DNA of 64,000 nucleotides from an uncultured delta proteobacterium (GCA_963848295.1 CAWKDB010000010.1:2464001-2528000); one strand, 5' to 3'. Shown: positions 31,422 through 43,481, numbered from the stretch's first letter. Notes: a model not told the origin generated them from the letters alone. Program-made: numbers and translations.

Positions 31422-32020
31422 CGCGACCTCTGCTCGACGGCGGCGCGCACGGCTCTACGCGCGTGGCCGAGCCGGCGCCACAGCATCGACTCCGAGATCT
31501 CGAGGGCGCGCGCGACCTCGGCGCCGGGCAGCTGTTCGAGATCGCACAAGATGAACGCGACCTGATGCTCGTGTGGCAGCGCCGCGATCGCGATCGCGAT
31601 CTGACGCAGCAACTTCTTGCGATCGATCTCGGCGTCGGGCGCCGCCGCGACCGCATCGAGATCTTCGACGAACCTAGCTTGATGGACGCGCCGGCGCTGC
31701 TCGCCCCGCAGCTGATGACGTGCGAGGTTCGCGGCGACGCCGAGGATCCAGGTCTTGACCGAGGACGATCCGCGATACGCACCGGCGTTGCGCTGGACCG
31801 CCAAGAAAGTCGACTGCACGAGATCGTCGCGCGCGAGCTCGTCGGTCGTCGCGAGCCGCGCCGCGAACCGATAGACCGCGACGCTAAACCGGTCGAACAA
31901 CGCGCCGAGGGCCGCGGAATCACCGGTCGCGCACGCGGCGAGCAGCGCCTCGTCGGACAACTCCGCGATCGCACCTTGCGAGCGCCGCAGCGGGAGCAGC
32001 TTGCCGGCGCGCTCGGTCAC
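31418..32020 (-). CDS. ECF sigma factor
   Basis: SDEALLAACATGDSAALGALFDR, DDLVQSTFL, KTWILGVAAN, EVARALEISESMLWRRL; GTG start overlaps the upstream stop. Confidence 0.92.
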   Translation of the reverse strand: MTERAGKLLPLRRSQGAIAELSDEALLAACATGDSAALGALFDRFSVAVYRFAARLATTDELARDDLVQSTFLAVQRNAGAYRGSSSVKTWILGVAANLARHQLRGEQRRRVHQARFVEDLDAVAAAPDAEIDRKKLLRQIAIAIAALPHEHQVAFILCDLEQLPGAEVARALEISESMLWRRLGHARRAVRAAVEQRSR

Positions 32021-32877
32021 AGGTCTCCGTAGCGCAGGCCGGCGCCGACGCGAGCGAGCAGCCACGGCTCGTTCGGCAACGCGAACGCCGGCATGCTCTG
32101 AAAGTGGGTCGCTTCGGTCATGTCGACCGCGAACGTCAGGTCGAGCGAGAGCCGATCGCCGAGCGGATACGATAACGCCGCGTGGGCATCGGCGCGCAAG
32201 CCGGGCGTCGTGCTGTGCATGTGATCGTCGCGGTCGTCGGACCGCGTATCGATCATGCCGACGCCACCGCCGAATCCGGGCGAGACCGTCGCGCGACCGA
32301 AATGCAGAGGCACGTCACCGCCGAGGAGCAGCTCGCTGCCCGTGCGATCGAGCTCGTGCTGCCACGGCCCTGGTCCGTCGACGACCTTCGCGTAGCGCGC
32401 GCGGCCGGCGACGCAGATCCGGCCGACCATCATGCACGCGCCACCGCCGACGCCGGTCCAATCGGTGCGATCGCTCGCGAGCGAGTCCTCGACCGCGGCG
32501 AACACCTGCATCCCCCGCGGCGCCTTGCGGTCGGCGGCCAACGTGAGCGGGGCCTCGTCGAGCACGAGCTCGTGAGCAGCGAGCAACGGCTCGGCGACAT
32601 CGGCCCGCGCCCACGATTCGAGCACGATCGCCGCGCTGATCGGTTCGGAGACGTGGCGCTCGGCGCCATCTTGCGCGACGACGATGCCGTCCGCCGAGCG
32701 CGAGATCGAAACCTGTAGCTCTGGACACGCGCCGAGCTCGACCCCGCGTTGCACGAGCAACTTGCCGACGTCACGAACCAACCCGGGGTCGCCGTTGAGC
32801 TCGACGCACGGCGCCGCGCTGGCCGCGCGCACTGCGCCCACCGTCGCAACGGCGAAACCGAGGGTGAGCAGACGCAC
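32017..32877 (-). CDS. Secreted protein with probable C-terminal outer-membrane beta-barrel
   Basis: Signal peptide; alternating beta strands ending [12 protein letters not shown]; first gene of the ECF/FecR operon. Confidence 0.55.
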   Translation of the reverse strand: MRLLTLGFAVATVGAVRAASAAPCVELNGDPGLVRDVGKLLVQRGVELGACPELQVSISRSADGIVVAQDGAERHVSEPISAAIVLESWARADVAEPLLAAHELVLDEAPLTLAADRKAPRGMQVFAAVEDSLASDRTDWTGVGGGACMMVGRICVAGRARYAKVVDGPGPWQHELDRTGSELLLGGDVPLHFGRATVSPGFGGGVGMIDTRSDDRDDHMHSTTPGLRADAHAALSYPLGDRLSLDLTFAVDMTEATHFQSMPAFALPNEPWLLARVGAGLRYGDL

Positions 32878-32950
32878 GGCTAGCCCGATGGTTCACCAGA
32901 TTCGCCGACGAGACAATGAAGAAGCGACGAAGGTCGTATACTCTCGCGCC

Positions 32951-34378
<1,428 letters not shown>

Positions 34379-34380
34379 TC

Positions 34381-35190
34381 GTGTGGGCGGACCGCATCTT
34401 GGTTGCTGCCGGCGCGACTCTGGTCGCATGCAAGGCAGGAAAGCCGACGGACAACCGACCGCTGAAGGAGGCGATCGTCGGCGCGTGGGACGTGTGGTGT
34501 GCGACCGACGACGAAGCGAAGGCCTCCTGCCTGGGCAAAGACGACGCGAAGCTCGTCAAGACGTTCAAGGCCGATGGCACGGTCGAGCTCTCGGTCGATG
34601 GCCGCGGCGATTCGCCGATGATCGGGAAGTGGACGGTCAAAGGCTCCGAGCTCGAGCTCGCGTTCGAGGGCATCAACGTCGAGCGCTACCGAGCGCGCAT
34701 CGAAGATGGCCACCTCGTGCTGTGGTACCCGAGCGGCCCATTCGGCTCGGTGCTCGGCAGGCACGGTGAGGCGTTCTCGGCCGACCCCGGCCACGTGTCG
34801 TCGGGTGGATCCGAGACCGGCACGCTCGGCGGCGTGCACTATGCGATCGATCTCCCTGCCGGCTATCGCCTCGCGCGTGATGACAACCAGCGCCAGCGCT
34901 GGGCGCCCGCCAACGGCGAAGGCTTCGTCATCGACCTCGTCGTGTCGCCGCGACCGCAAGAAATCATCGACGGTCGGCCCGTCACGCACCCGTGCGACCG
35001 CGACTCCGGCACCGGCGGCTCGTCGGAGACGATCGACGGCAAAGAGCGCGACATCGATGTGTTCGTCAACATCTGCTTGCGCTCGAGCGAAGACTCGCTG
35101 ATGTGCTCCGCGGGTCACTCGCGCGGCTATCTCGAGGCCTCCGAAAAGCCTGCTGCGCTCGCGCTGTGCAAGTCGCTCGTCGTGCGCTGA
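34381..35190 (+). CDS. Hypothetical lipoprotein (lipocalin-like N-terminal domain)
   Basis: Lipobox LVAC; IVGAW...FKADGT...GKWTVKGSELEL pattern. Confidence 0.6.
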   Translation: MWADRILVAAGATLVACKAGKPTDNRPLKEAIVGAWDVWCATDDEAKASCLGKDDAKLVKTFKADGTVELSVDGRGDSPMIGKWTVKGSELELAFEGINVERYRARIEDGHLVLWYPSGPFGSVLGRHGEAFSADPGHVSSGGSETGTLGGVHYAIDLPAGYRLARDDNQRQRWAPANGEGFVIDLVVSPRPQEIIDGRPVTHPCDRDSGTGGSSETIDGKERDIDVFVNICLRSSEDSLMCSAGHSRGYLEASEKPAALALCKSLVVR

Positions 35191-35199
35191 CCGATCGTT

Positions 35200-36702
35200 T
35201 CAGTCCGCCACCGGCAGCGTGATGACGAAGCGCGCTCCACCGGTCGGCGCACGTTCGGCCGCGACCGCGAGGTCGCCACCGTGCTCGATCGCGATCTTGC
35301 GAGCGATCGCGAGGCCGAGGCCGGTGCCGGTCGACTTCGTCGTGACGTAAGGCTCGAAGATCCGCTCGCGATCGGCTTCGGCGACGCCTTTACCGCGATC
35401 GTCGATCGTGATCACGATCGTATCGGTTTCGGCGCGCCAGCCGACCACGACCTTGCCGGTCGCATTCGCGTCTTCACCGGCGTGGATCGCGTTCTCGACG
35501 AGGTTCGCGACGACGCGCTTCAACAACAGCTTGTCGGCGCGGACGGTGACCGGCGTGTCAGGAGGGTCGAGCTCGAGCTTCGCGGCGAACAGCGGATCGT
35601 TGCGCAGCTCCTCGAGCACGTCGCCGAGCGCGAACGCCGCCTTCTCGACCTTTGGCAGCTGGCCGAGCGTGCGGAACGTGTCGACGAGCCGGCGCAAGCT
35701 GAGGATCTCCTCCTCGACGATCTCGCCGGTGTCGGCGAGCAGCTTGCCGAACCGCGCCGGATCGGTGTCGGCGCCTTTGTAGGCCGAGACGCATTGCTGG
35801 ACCGCGAGCTGGATCGGCGTCAACGGATTCTTGATCTCGTGGGCGAGCCGGCGCGCGACGTCTTGCCATGCGCCGATGCGCTGCAGATAGGCGACTTGAT
35901 CGCGCGAGCCGCGAAGATCGTCGAGCATGTTGTCGAACGCTTCGCCGACCTCGGCGGTCTCGTCGCTGCCGCGCAAGCCCGAGCGCGCGTCGACCTGGCC
36001 CGCCGAGACCGCGCGCGCCGCGGTGACGAGCCGCGCGAGCCGGCGCGTGTAGAACGTCGAGATCAAGAGGCCGAACGCGGTCGCGAGCAGCGCGCCGATA
36101 CCCATCAGCTTGAGGAACGCGTCGCGAAACGTGTCGGGCAAGCCGGTGCGGATCTGCATCGTCAAGCGCGCGCTATCGATCGCGTGCTTGAGATTCTGAT
36201 AGTCCTTCTGCAGCCCCGCCGGGACCTCGAACGTCAGCACCAGCGTCGCGCCGGTCTCGGCGAGCGGCTGGCGCAACACCTTGTCACGCCACTCCGGCGC
36301 TTGACCGGGCGCGGGCGTGGGCAGCGCGCGCACCGCTTGCGACACGACCGTATGGTCGGCGCGCTCGAGCGCGAGCCCGTGCAAACCCGCTTCCTTCGCG
36401 CTGTCGTCGTCGAGGATCTTGTCGAGGTTCGCCTCCGGATCGAGCGCGACCAGATCGGGGCGTTTCGCGAGCCGATCCGCGATCTCGGCATGCAGTCGCT
36501 TCGTCGTATCGAACAGCGCGCGATACGCGTCGAGCCCGTGCTCCATCGTGTCGACGCGCTCGGCCGCCTCCCCCGCCGCGACGTTCGCCGACGCCTTGCC
36601 GATCGAATCGATGAGATACGCGGACAACACCAGCGGCACGAGCACGACGATCAGCAGGCCGACCGTGACCTTGAGCTGCAGCGGGATGCGGCGCTTCTTC
36701 AT
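35200..36702 (-). CDS. HAMP sensor histidine kinase (NtrY-like)
   Basis: Two TMs, HAMP, AWQDVARRLAHEIKNPLTPIQL, NLVENA, DRGKG, FEPYVTTKSTGTGLGLAI. Confidence 0.93.
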   Translation of the reverse strand: MKKRRIPLQLKVTVGLLIVVLVPLVLSAYLIDSIGKASANVAAGEAAERVDTMEHGLDAYRALFDTTKRLHAEIADRLAKRPDLVALDPEANLDKILDDDSAKEAGLHGLALERADHTVVSQAVRALPTPAPGQAPEWRDKVLRQPLAETGATLVLTFEVPAGLQKDYQNLKHAIDSARLTMQIRTGLPDTFRDAFLKLMGIGALLATAFGLLISTFYTRRLARLVTAARAVSAGQVDARSGLRGSDETAEVGEAFDNMLDDLRGSRDQVAYLQRIGAWQDVARRLAHEIKNPLTPIQLAVQQCVSAYKGADTDPARFGKLLADTGEIVEEEILSLRRLVDTFRTLGQLPKVEKAAFALGDVLEELRNDPLFAAKLELDPPDTPVTVRADKLLLKRVVANLVENAIHAGEDANATGKVVVGWRAETDTIVITIDDRGKGVAEADRERIFEPYVTTKSTGTGLGLAIARKIAIEHGGDLAVAAERAPTGGARFVITLPVAD

Positions 36703-37362
36703 CTACTGCTTGGGCCGGAAGAATGGTTGCGAGTGGACGAGCAAGATGCGATCCGCCTCCGCGATCTTCGGGTTGACGAACACCGACACGAACGAACCGA
36801 AGAACGTGCCGCCGCGGTCGAGCCCGCCGCCGTTGCCTTGACTGAGCCAGCGCCGGACCTCGGTCAGTGTCTTCTGGTCGACCGGATTGAGATCGACGCG
36901 CATCGCGAGCACGAACACGTCATCGACCGGCATGTCGGCGAGCTGAGCGACCGGCAGATCATCGATCGTGGTCAGCAACTTGAGCGCATCGGCTTTCGTC
37001 GCGACGACGATCGGCTTGCGCGGGCCCTCGAGCCTGACCGTGAACTGCTCGTCCCACATGTCGTAGGTCACCGACCGCACGAGCTTGAGGTACGAGATCG
37101 GCTCGCTCGCATCTTTCGGGTAGACCCAGATCTGGATCTCGACGGTCGACGCGAACCCGCTGCCGAGCGCCTCGTAGGCGGCACTGTCGAACAGCTTCGC
37201 GATCGACGTCGATAACGTGAGCGAATCGCCGTGCTCGACGAACCGCATGTGCTGGAGCTCGCTGCGATCGTCGTCGGCGCGCGCGACCGGCGCGATCAAC
37301 ATCAGCCCGACGAGCGCGAGCCGTGCGAACGCCCATGGAGTGCCGATCCTCCTCGGGATCAC
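36703..37362 (-). CDS. DUF4390-like periplasmic protein
   Basis: Signal peptide; YEALGSGF, VTYDMWDEQF, SFVSVFVNP; directly upstream of the NtrY-like kinase. Confidence 0.7.
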   Translation of the reverse strand: MIPRRIGTPWAFARLALVGLMLIAPVARADDDRSELQHMRFVEHGDSLTLSTSIAKLFDSAAYEALGSGFASTVEIQIWVYPKDASEPISYLKLVRSVTYDMWDEQFTVRLEGPRKPIVVATKADALKLLTTIDDLPVAQLADMPVDDVFVLAMRVDLNPVDQKTLTEVRRWLSQGNGGGLDRGGTFFGSFVSVFVNPKIAEADRILLVHSQPFFRPKQ

Positions 37363-38903
37363 CGCAGCCGTCCCAGCGCGTTGCCGATCGTGAGCTCGAA
37401 GATGCCGATGTCGGTGTCGATCCGCACGCCGGCGTCGGCGTAGATGTCGACCGGCAGCGACGTCCACAGGCCACCGTCGCGCACGCGCAGATCGGCGGTC
37501 TCGGCGAGTCCCCAGAGCCCCGCCGCGATGAACGCGTCGCCACCGTAGACGCGATTCTTGCCGCTGCCGCGAAACAACCGCGCCGCGTACTCGACGATCG
37601 CGTTGCCACCGACCTCGCCGTAGGTCGGCTTGTCCGCGCGTGTCCCGAGGATGTCGAGCGGCGCGGCGTCGGACAGCACGAGCCCGAGCGCGCGCGGGGT
37701 CAACAAGTGGTCGACATCCGAGACGTAGATCCGATCGAAGCGCGGCGCGTCTCCGATGACGAGCCCGCCCGCGACGCGGATGCCGATCGTCTGGTGCTCG
37801 TTGAACAGCGGCCACCAGTGCTCGTAGCGCGCGAACAACGTGGCGAAGTCGTAGTCGCTCCCGAACACGGCGGAGCCCAGCTCGGCGTTCACCGTGATGC
37901 GACCACCGGCGTGCGGCAGGACCGGATCGGGGCGGGTGTCGCGATCGAAGCCGAACGCGAGCGTGGAGACGCGGCTCTGGCCCGGCAACAAATGGAGATC
38001 GACCGGCACGACTTCGCCCGTCGGTAGCGTTTGGGCCGGCGCGGTCGGCAACTGGTCGGAGATTTCTTCGAGCCGCAGGCCGGCCGAGATCCGCGACAGC
38101 GAGGTGATGTCGTAGGTGACGCCCGCACGACCGCCGAACCGGCGATACGGGAAAGCCGCGAAGTCTTTCGCCGCGGTGTCCTCGAAGTCGCCGCCGGTGC
38201 GGTAGGCCTCGCTGCCGTGGACGAGCGTCATCGAGCCGTACGCTCCCCAGCGCGTGCCGCCGAGCGCGCCGTCGGCGAGACGCAGCTCTCCCGCCCATTG
38301 ATCGCGACTGCCGGCGACGTCGGAGGTGCCGGCGTAGATCACGCCGCCGCCGACCTGCAGGCCGAGACCCAACAGATTTCGCTGGCCGACGTCGGCGCCG
38401 AACCAATACGGCGTGAGGTCGGTCGTACCGAACCACATCCGATTGAGCACGAACGTGCCGCGCTCGACGACGTGGATCTCGATCACGACCTGGCCGCGCT
38501 CGCTGCCCTTTCGCATCGCGAGCGTGACGTCGCGGAAGTAGCCCAGGCCGAGCACCTTGAACCGCGCGTCGCGCAAGCGGCGATCGCTCGCATGCAGGAT
38601 GTCGCCGGGTGCGATCGGCAGGGCGCGCCGAATAATCTCGGTCTGGGTCACGGTGTTGCCGGTGATCACGATCGCCTCGATCATGATCAGCGGGCCGAAC
38701 TCGTTGTCCTCGTGTAGCGGGGGCGCTTCGGGCTCGTCCGGGGTGACGGACGCGTCCGAGCCATCCGGTGGGTTGGCAGGCGCTCCGCTGTCTACCCCGC
38801 TACCGCCGAGTGGTTCGGCGCTCCCATCCTTGTCTCCGTCGGCGTGCGCGCGCGGGACCGCCGTGAGGACGGCGAGGACTACCAGCGCGAGGCGGCGGCG
38901 CAC
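37359..38903 (-). CDS. Omp85 (BamA/TamA-family) outer membrane protein with one POTRA domain
   Basis: Signal peptide, IEAIVITGNTVTQTEIIRR...LGYFRDV, VVERGT, QRNLLGLG, DRDTRPDPVLPHAG. Confidence 0.85.
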   Translation of the reverse strand: MRRRLALVVLAVLTAVPRAHADGDKDGSAEPLGGSGVDSGAPANPPDGSDASVTPDEPEAPPLHEDNEFGPLIMIEAIVITGNTVTQTEIIRRALPIAPGDILHASDRRLRDARFKVLGLGYFRDVTLAMRKGSERGQVVIEIHVVERGTFVLNRMWFGTTDLTPYWFGADVGQRNLLGLGLQVGGGVIYAGTSDVAGSRDQWAGELRLADGALGGTRWGAYGSMTLVHGSEAYRTGGDFEDTAAKDFAAFPYRRFGGRAGVTYDITSLSRISAGLRLEEISDQLPTAPAQTLPTGEVVPVDLHLLPGQSRVSTLAFGFDRDTRPDPVLPHAGGRITVNAELGSAVFGSDYDFATLFARYEHWWPLFNEHQTIGIRVAGGLVIGDAPRFDRIYVSDVDHLLTPRALGLVLSDAAPLDILGTRADKPTYGEVGGNAIVEYAARLFRGSGKNRVYGGDAFIAAGLWGLAETADLRVRDGGLWTSLPVDIYADAGVRIDTDIGIFELTIGNALGRLR

Positions 38904-38950
38904 GCCCCGAACGTAGCGCACCGCGCACCGGCGGTGCTACCTTCGCAGCC

Positions 38951-39391
38951 GTGCGCGTGGTCTTGCTGATCGGGCTCGCGGTCGTTCTAAGCGCGTGTAC
39001 GGACCTGCGCGACTATCGCGGCAGCTGGTCGGGCGCGCGGGTCGGCACGAACCCGGTGCTGCGCGTTGGCGCACCAGCCGCGACCGCCGCGACGCTCGAG
39101 ATCAGCGAGCTCGACAAGGCCGGGTTGCAGGGCACGATCGAGATCGCGGATCTGGTCGACCAGGCGTCGTTCAGCTCGATCGCGGGCGCCGAGGCTGATG
39201 CGCTCGGCGGCATGACGTTCACCGGCTCGCCGCTGCGCGTCTACCTCGCGTTTGTCGCGATGCCCGACGGCGCCGGCGACGCGCTCGCGGTGATCGCGCT
39301 GTACGACGATCATCGCGCCGAGCTCCGCATGTTACGCGGCGGCACCACGCCGCTCTACGCGATCTACGCGCTGACCGAGGCTGGTTCGTGA
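38951..39391 (+). CDS. Hypothetical lipoprotein
   Basis: Lipobox LSAC; GTGA overlap with the kinase gene. Confidence 0.7.
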   Translation: MRVVLLIGLAVVLSACTDLRDYRGSWSGARVGTNPVLRVGAPAATAATLEISELDKAGLQGTIEIADLVDQASFSSIAGAEADALGGMTFTGSPLRVYLAFVAMPDGAGDALAVIALYDDHRAELRMLRGGTTPLYAIYALTEAGS

Positions 39392-41226
39392 GCTGTCCGA
39401 CCTGCGGCGTGGCGGTCGCCGCCGACGCGCGATTCTGTCCGGCGTGCGGACAGTCGATCTCGCCGACCGAATCGAAGGATGCGATGCCGGCGGCGGTCGA
39501 CGGCCCGAACCTGATCGGCACCGAGATCGCCGACGGCTATCGGATCATCCAGAAGCTCGGCGAAGGCGGCATGGGCGCGGTCTATCGCGGTGAACAGATA
39601 GCGCTCAAGCGCGCGGTCGCGATCAAGCTGCTGCGGCCCGAGCTGTCTGCGAACGAGCAGTTGCTTCACCGGTTCCGATCGGAGGCGACCGCGGTCGCGA
39701 AGCTGTCGCATCCGAACACGGTGAACATCTACGACTTCGGTCAAGGCAAGGACGGCTCGCTGTTCATCGCGATGGAGTTCATCGAAGGCAAGTCGCTGCG
39801 CTCGGTCGTCCACGCCGAGGCGCCGTTGCCGCCGGCCCGCGCGCTCCACATCGCCGCGCAAGTCGCGGCTTCGCTCGCCGACGCGCACGCTCATCAGATC
39901 GTGCATCGCGATCTCAAGCCTGACAACGTGATGCTCCAGGATCGCGGCAAGCAGCGCGACATCGCCCGCGTGCTCGACTTCGGCATCGCGAAGCTGCGTG
40001 ATGATTCGCGCTCGACCCAAGTCGCCGCGCTGACCCAAGCCGGCGATCTGCTCGGCACGCCCCAGTACATGGCGCCGGAGCAAGTACGCGGCGAGAACAT
40101 CGACGGTCGGACCGACGTCTATGCGCTCGGCTGCCTGCTCTACGAGATGACGACCGGCCGCATGCCGTTCGAGGCACCGACGATCATGGCGATGCTCAGC
40201 AAGCATCTCACCGACCAGGTCATTCCGCCGTCGCAGCGGCGCCCGGATCTCGGCTTGCCGCGCGTGATCGACGAGCTGGTCATCACCGCGATGACGAAGA
40301 GCATCGCGATGCGGCCGTCGATGGAGAGCTACGCCGAGCAGATCAATCGCGCGCTCGCGACGATGCCGCCGAGCGGGTCGACCGCGATGCCGATCGCCGC
40401 GGCACCGACTCCGGTGGCGTATTCGGCGTACGCCACGCCTCCCGGTGCGCCGATCGCGACGCCGCCGCACGTCGGTCAGGTCGCTGCGGCGCCGGCGATG
40501 ACGCCGTTGCGGTCGGACGCACCGCCGCACACCTGGCAGGCGCCGCGGCCGAGTGGCAGGCGCGGGCTCTACGTCGTGATCGCGCTCGCGGCAGTCGGTG
40601 CGATCGGTGGCGCCGCGTACTATGCGAACCGCAAGCCGAGCCCCGACGCCGCGGCACAGCCAAATGACCCGTGGGCCGAGCACAAACCGGATCCGTGGGC
40701 CGACAAAGCGACGCCACGAGCGCCGACGCCGATGCCACAGCCCTCTCCGCCTCCGATCCCGGATCCATTACCGCCTGCGCCGACGCATCTCGTGGGCGGG
40801 ATCGAGACTCGCGCTACGATCGATGTCGGCGATGGCGTGAAGCTGAACGTCCCGGTCGACTTCACGTGGTCGCGCAACGGCGCGCTCACGACCCTGACGG
40901 GACAGAAGCTCCCGGTGATGATCTTCGCGGCGGTGATCACCGAGCCATCGAACGATCCGAAGGCGCTCGCCGCGGCCTATGCGACGTCGACCGGGATGAC
41001 GCTCAAAGGCGTCGGCACCGCGAGCGTCGCCGGGATTCCCTGCGGCTCGGCGTGGTTCATGGGCATGTTCAACGGGATGGCGGTATCGCAAGCCGTCGTC
41101 GCGCTGATCGGGCCGGGCTACCGCGTCGCGATCGTGCTGCAAGTACCGGCCAGCCTCACGAACGACGCCGAGCTACTGGCGTGGGGCAAGAACTACTTGC
41201 AGTACGGCGTGATCCTGCCGCGTTAG
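39388..41226 (+). CDS. Transmembrane Ser/Thr protein kinase with N-terminal zinc ribbon
   Basis: CPTC...CPAC, LGEGGMGAVY, VAIK, HRDLKPDN, DFGIAK, GTPQYMAPE; TM and periplasmic domain. Confidence 0.95.
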   Translation: MSCPTCGVAVAADARFCPACGQSISPTESKDAMPAAVDGPNLIGTEIADGYRIIQKLGEGGMGAVYRGEQIALKRAVAIKLLRPELSANEQLLHRFRSEATAVAKLSHPNTVNIYDFGQGKDGSLFIAMEFIEGKSLRSVVHAEAPLPPARALHIAAQVAASLADAHAHQIVHRDLKPDNVMLQDRGKQRDIARVLDFGIAKLRDDSRSTQVAALTQAGDLLGTPQYMAPEQVRGENIDGRTDVYALGCLLYEMTTGRMPFEAPTIMAMLSKHLTDQVIPPSQRRPDLGLPRVIDELVITAMTKSIAMRPSMESYAEQINRALATMPPSGSTAMPIAAAPTPVAYSAYATPPGAPIATPPHVGQVAAAPAMTPLRSDAPPHTWQAPRPSGRRGLYVVIALAAVGAIGGAAYYANRKPSPDAAAQPNDPWAEHKPDPWADKATPRAPTPMPQPSPPPIPDPLPPAPTHLVGGIETRATIDVGDGVKLNVPVDFTWSRNGALTTLTGQKLPVMIFAAVITEPSNDPKALAAAYATSTGMTLKGVGTASVAGIPCGSAWFMGMFNGMAVSQAVVALIGPGYRVAIVLQVPASLTNDAELLAWGKNYLQYGVILPR

Positions 41227-41234
41227 CTGCGCGA

Positions 41235-43331
41235 TCAGTGGCAGTCGTCGGGGAACTGCTCGGACGCGGTGTCTTTGACGTCGAAGAACCAGCGGACCTG
41301 ATGGCTCACGATGTTCTCGCGAAAGCCGATCTCGGCGATCGCGTTGAGGCCTTCGAGCTTTTTCTGGGCGGCGATCGCTCTCTTCCAGATCGCGGCGATC
41401 TTGCAGTGCGGCGCGATCCGTCGCGCGTCGCACTCCCAGCCATCGATCGGCAGGGTCTCGACGCCGTCGATGCCGCCCATCACGCGGAACTGGCACTTGA
41501 GCTCTTGCTTCGCACCGATCGGCTTGGACTTGTCCCGACCCGCGCGCGACGGCGAGTTGAACCGCAGATCGACCGAGCCGTTGCCGACTAACGTCAGATC
41601 GGCGTGACCGTCGGGGTAGACACCTTCGGCCGAAACCCACACGAGCTCGGCATCCGGGACCATCGCCTTGGCTTGCTCGACGCCCCACGTGATGAACGCG
41701 TCGACATTGACGTGCTTCGGATCGTAGCCCGGCGGCCCGGCGAGCTTGTGATACGTGATCCAGCCGGTACCGACCGGCGCCGGCGCACTCGGCGTGTTGC
41801 GCGCGACCATCTGCCTGATCTGGCGCTCGGCGTCATCGAGCTGTTTGGTGACCTCGGCCTGCTTGTCCGGCGGCAGCGCTTTCACATACTCGCGCGACTT
41901 CGCGATCTGCTTGAGTGCGTTGTCTTCGGACGATCCGGGCTTTGGCATCGGGCCGGTGATCGCCGGCGTCGGCGTCGGCGCCACCGTCGGCGTCGGCGCC
42001 ACCGTCGGCGTCGGCGCCACGGTCACTGGCCTCACCGCAGGCGGGACCGGGTCCGGCGTTGCTGGCATCGGCGCTGGTGTCGGCGCTGGTGCCGGCGTCG
42101 GCCCTGGCATCGGGGCGGGCGCCGGCGCTCCTGCGACCTGTGCAGGCTTGGTGTTTCCGCCGCTTCCGACCGCCATCGCCGCCGCGATTCCGCCGCCGAC
42201 CAGCGCGATCGCTCCGATCGCGAGCACCAAGCCTTTGCGCGATCCGGCTTGCTTCGTCGCGACCGGCGCGATCTGGCCCGCCGACGCGCTCGAGGTCGTG
42301 TCGTGGCTCCGCCCCCACGACTTCGGCACCGTGGGTTCCCAGCCCGAGGGCCGTCCGCCCATCGAGCTCGTCGCGGTGATCGGGGTCCACTGATCCGCGG
42401 GGAGCTGCGCGGTCGCGTTCTGCAGCGCGGCGCTCATCGCCTGCGCCGATCCGTAGCGCTGGTCTGCGAGCTTCGCGAGCGCCACCGAGATCACGTGGTC
42501 GAGCTCCGGCGGCATGTCGGGGCGACGCGCGCGCGGCGACGGCGGCGGTACCTCGATGTGCATGCGCAACAGGTCGAACATCGAGTCGGCGACGAACGGC
42601 TTGGTCAGCGTCGCGCACTCGAACAGGATCACGCCCATCGCGTAGATGTCCGAGCGCGCATCGACCGGTCGACCCGCCGCCTGCTCCGGCGCCATATAAT
42701 GAGGCGTACCGAGCAGCGACCCGGTGTGCGTCGCGCTGCCGCCGAGCTCGGGCTGGAGCTTCGCGATGCCGAAGTCGAGCACCTTCGGTCGCCCGGCCGG
42801 CGTGACGAAGATGTTGTCGGGCTTGAGATCGCGATGGACGACGCCCTTCGAGTGCGCCGCCGCGAGCGCATCGAGCACGTCGACCGCGAGACGAGCGAGC
42901 CCGCCGAGCGGCAGCGGCACGCCGCGCAGCTGCGCCTGCTCGATCACGGCCGACAGCGGTACGCCGTCGAGGTACTCCATGATGATGAACGGACGACCGT
43001 CCGGCAGCGTCGACAGGTCGAGGACGTTGACGATGCTCTCGTGGCGGATCAAGTTGACCGCCCGCGCTTCGGAGAAGAACCGCTCGACGACATCGCGCCG
43101 GTCGCTGCACTCGCGCGACAGCACCTTGATCGCGACGCGGCTGCCGATCTGCGGGTGCACGCCCTTGTAGACGCGGCCCATGCCGCCGATGCCGAGCAAC
43201 CGCGCGATCCGATAGGGCCCGATCGTCGTGCCGATCAAACCATCGCCACCGTTCGACACGAGCTCCGTACGATCGGCGCTACACGTCCCCGGACCTGGCT
43301 GCGATGCGCCGCACTCCGGGCATACGAACAT
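41235..43331 (-). CDS. Transmembrane Ser/Thr protein kinase
   Basis: MFVCPECG, LGIGGMGRVY, HRDLKPDN, DFGIAK, GTPHYMAPE; TM, Pro/Thr linker and C-terminal domain. Confidence 0.95.
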   Translation of the reverse strand: MFVCPECGASQPGPGTCSADRTELVSNGGDGLIGTTIGPYRIARLLGIGGMGRVYKGVHPQIGSRVAIKVLSRECSDRRDVVERFFSEARAVNLIRHESIVNVLDLSTLPDGRPFIIMEYLDGVPLSAVIEQAQLRGVPLPLGGLARLAVDVLDALAAAHSKGVVHRDLKPDNIFVTPAGRPKVLDFGIAKLQPELGGSATHTGSLLGTPHYMAPEQAAGRPVDARSDIYAMGVILFECATLTKPFVADSMFDLLRMHIEVPPPSPRARRPDMPPELDHVISVALAKLADQRYGSAQAMSAALQNATAQLPADQWTPITATSSMGGRPSGWEPTVPKSWGRSHDTTSSASAGQIAPVATKQAGSRKGLVLAIGAIALVGGGIAAAMAVGSGGNTKPAQVAGAPAPAPMPGPTPAPAPTPAPMPATPDPVPPAVRPVTVAPTPTVAPTPTVAPTPTPAITGPMPKPGSSEDNALKQIAKSREYVKALPPDKQAEVTKQLDDAERQIRQMVARNTPSAPAPVGTGWITYHKLAGPPGYDPKHVNVDAFITWGVEQAKAMVPDAELVWVSAEGVYPDGHADLTLVGNGSVDLRFNSPSRAGRDKSKPIGAKQELKCQFRVMGGIDGVETLPIDGWECDARRIAPHCKIAAIWKRAIAAQKKLEGLNAIAEIGFRENIVSHQVRWFFDVKDTASEQFPDDCH
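41967..42020. repeat. Perfect 18-bp tandem repeat x3 encoding (VAPTPT)3 linker
   Basis: cgtcggcgtcggcgccac at 41967, 41985 and 42003. Confidence 0.9.
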
Positions 43332-43481
43332 CGCGAAAGCGTAACACCGATAGTGTGCCGCGCTAGAACGGCCGGCTGTGTCCGGCGGCCGGCCCAAACC
43401 GGACAGCGGCGGACAGCGAGTTGCGTAAGGCCGCGTCGCCGCACGGCGCGCGCTGGCTCGTCGCTTGCTTTCTACGCCGGC

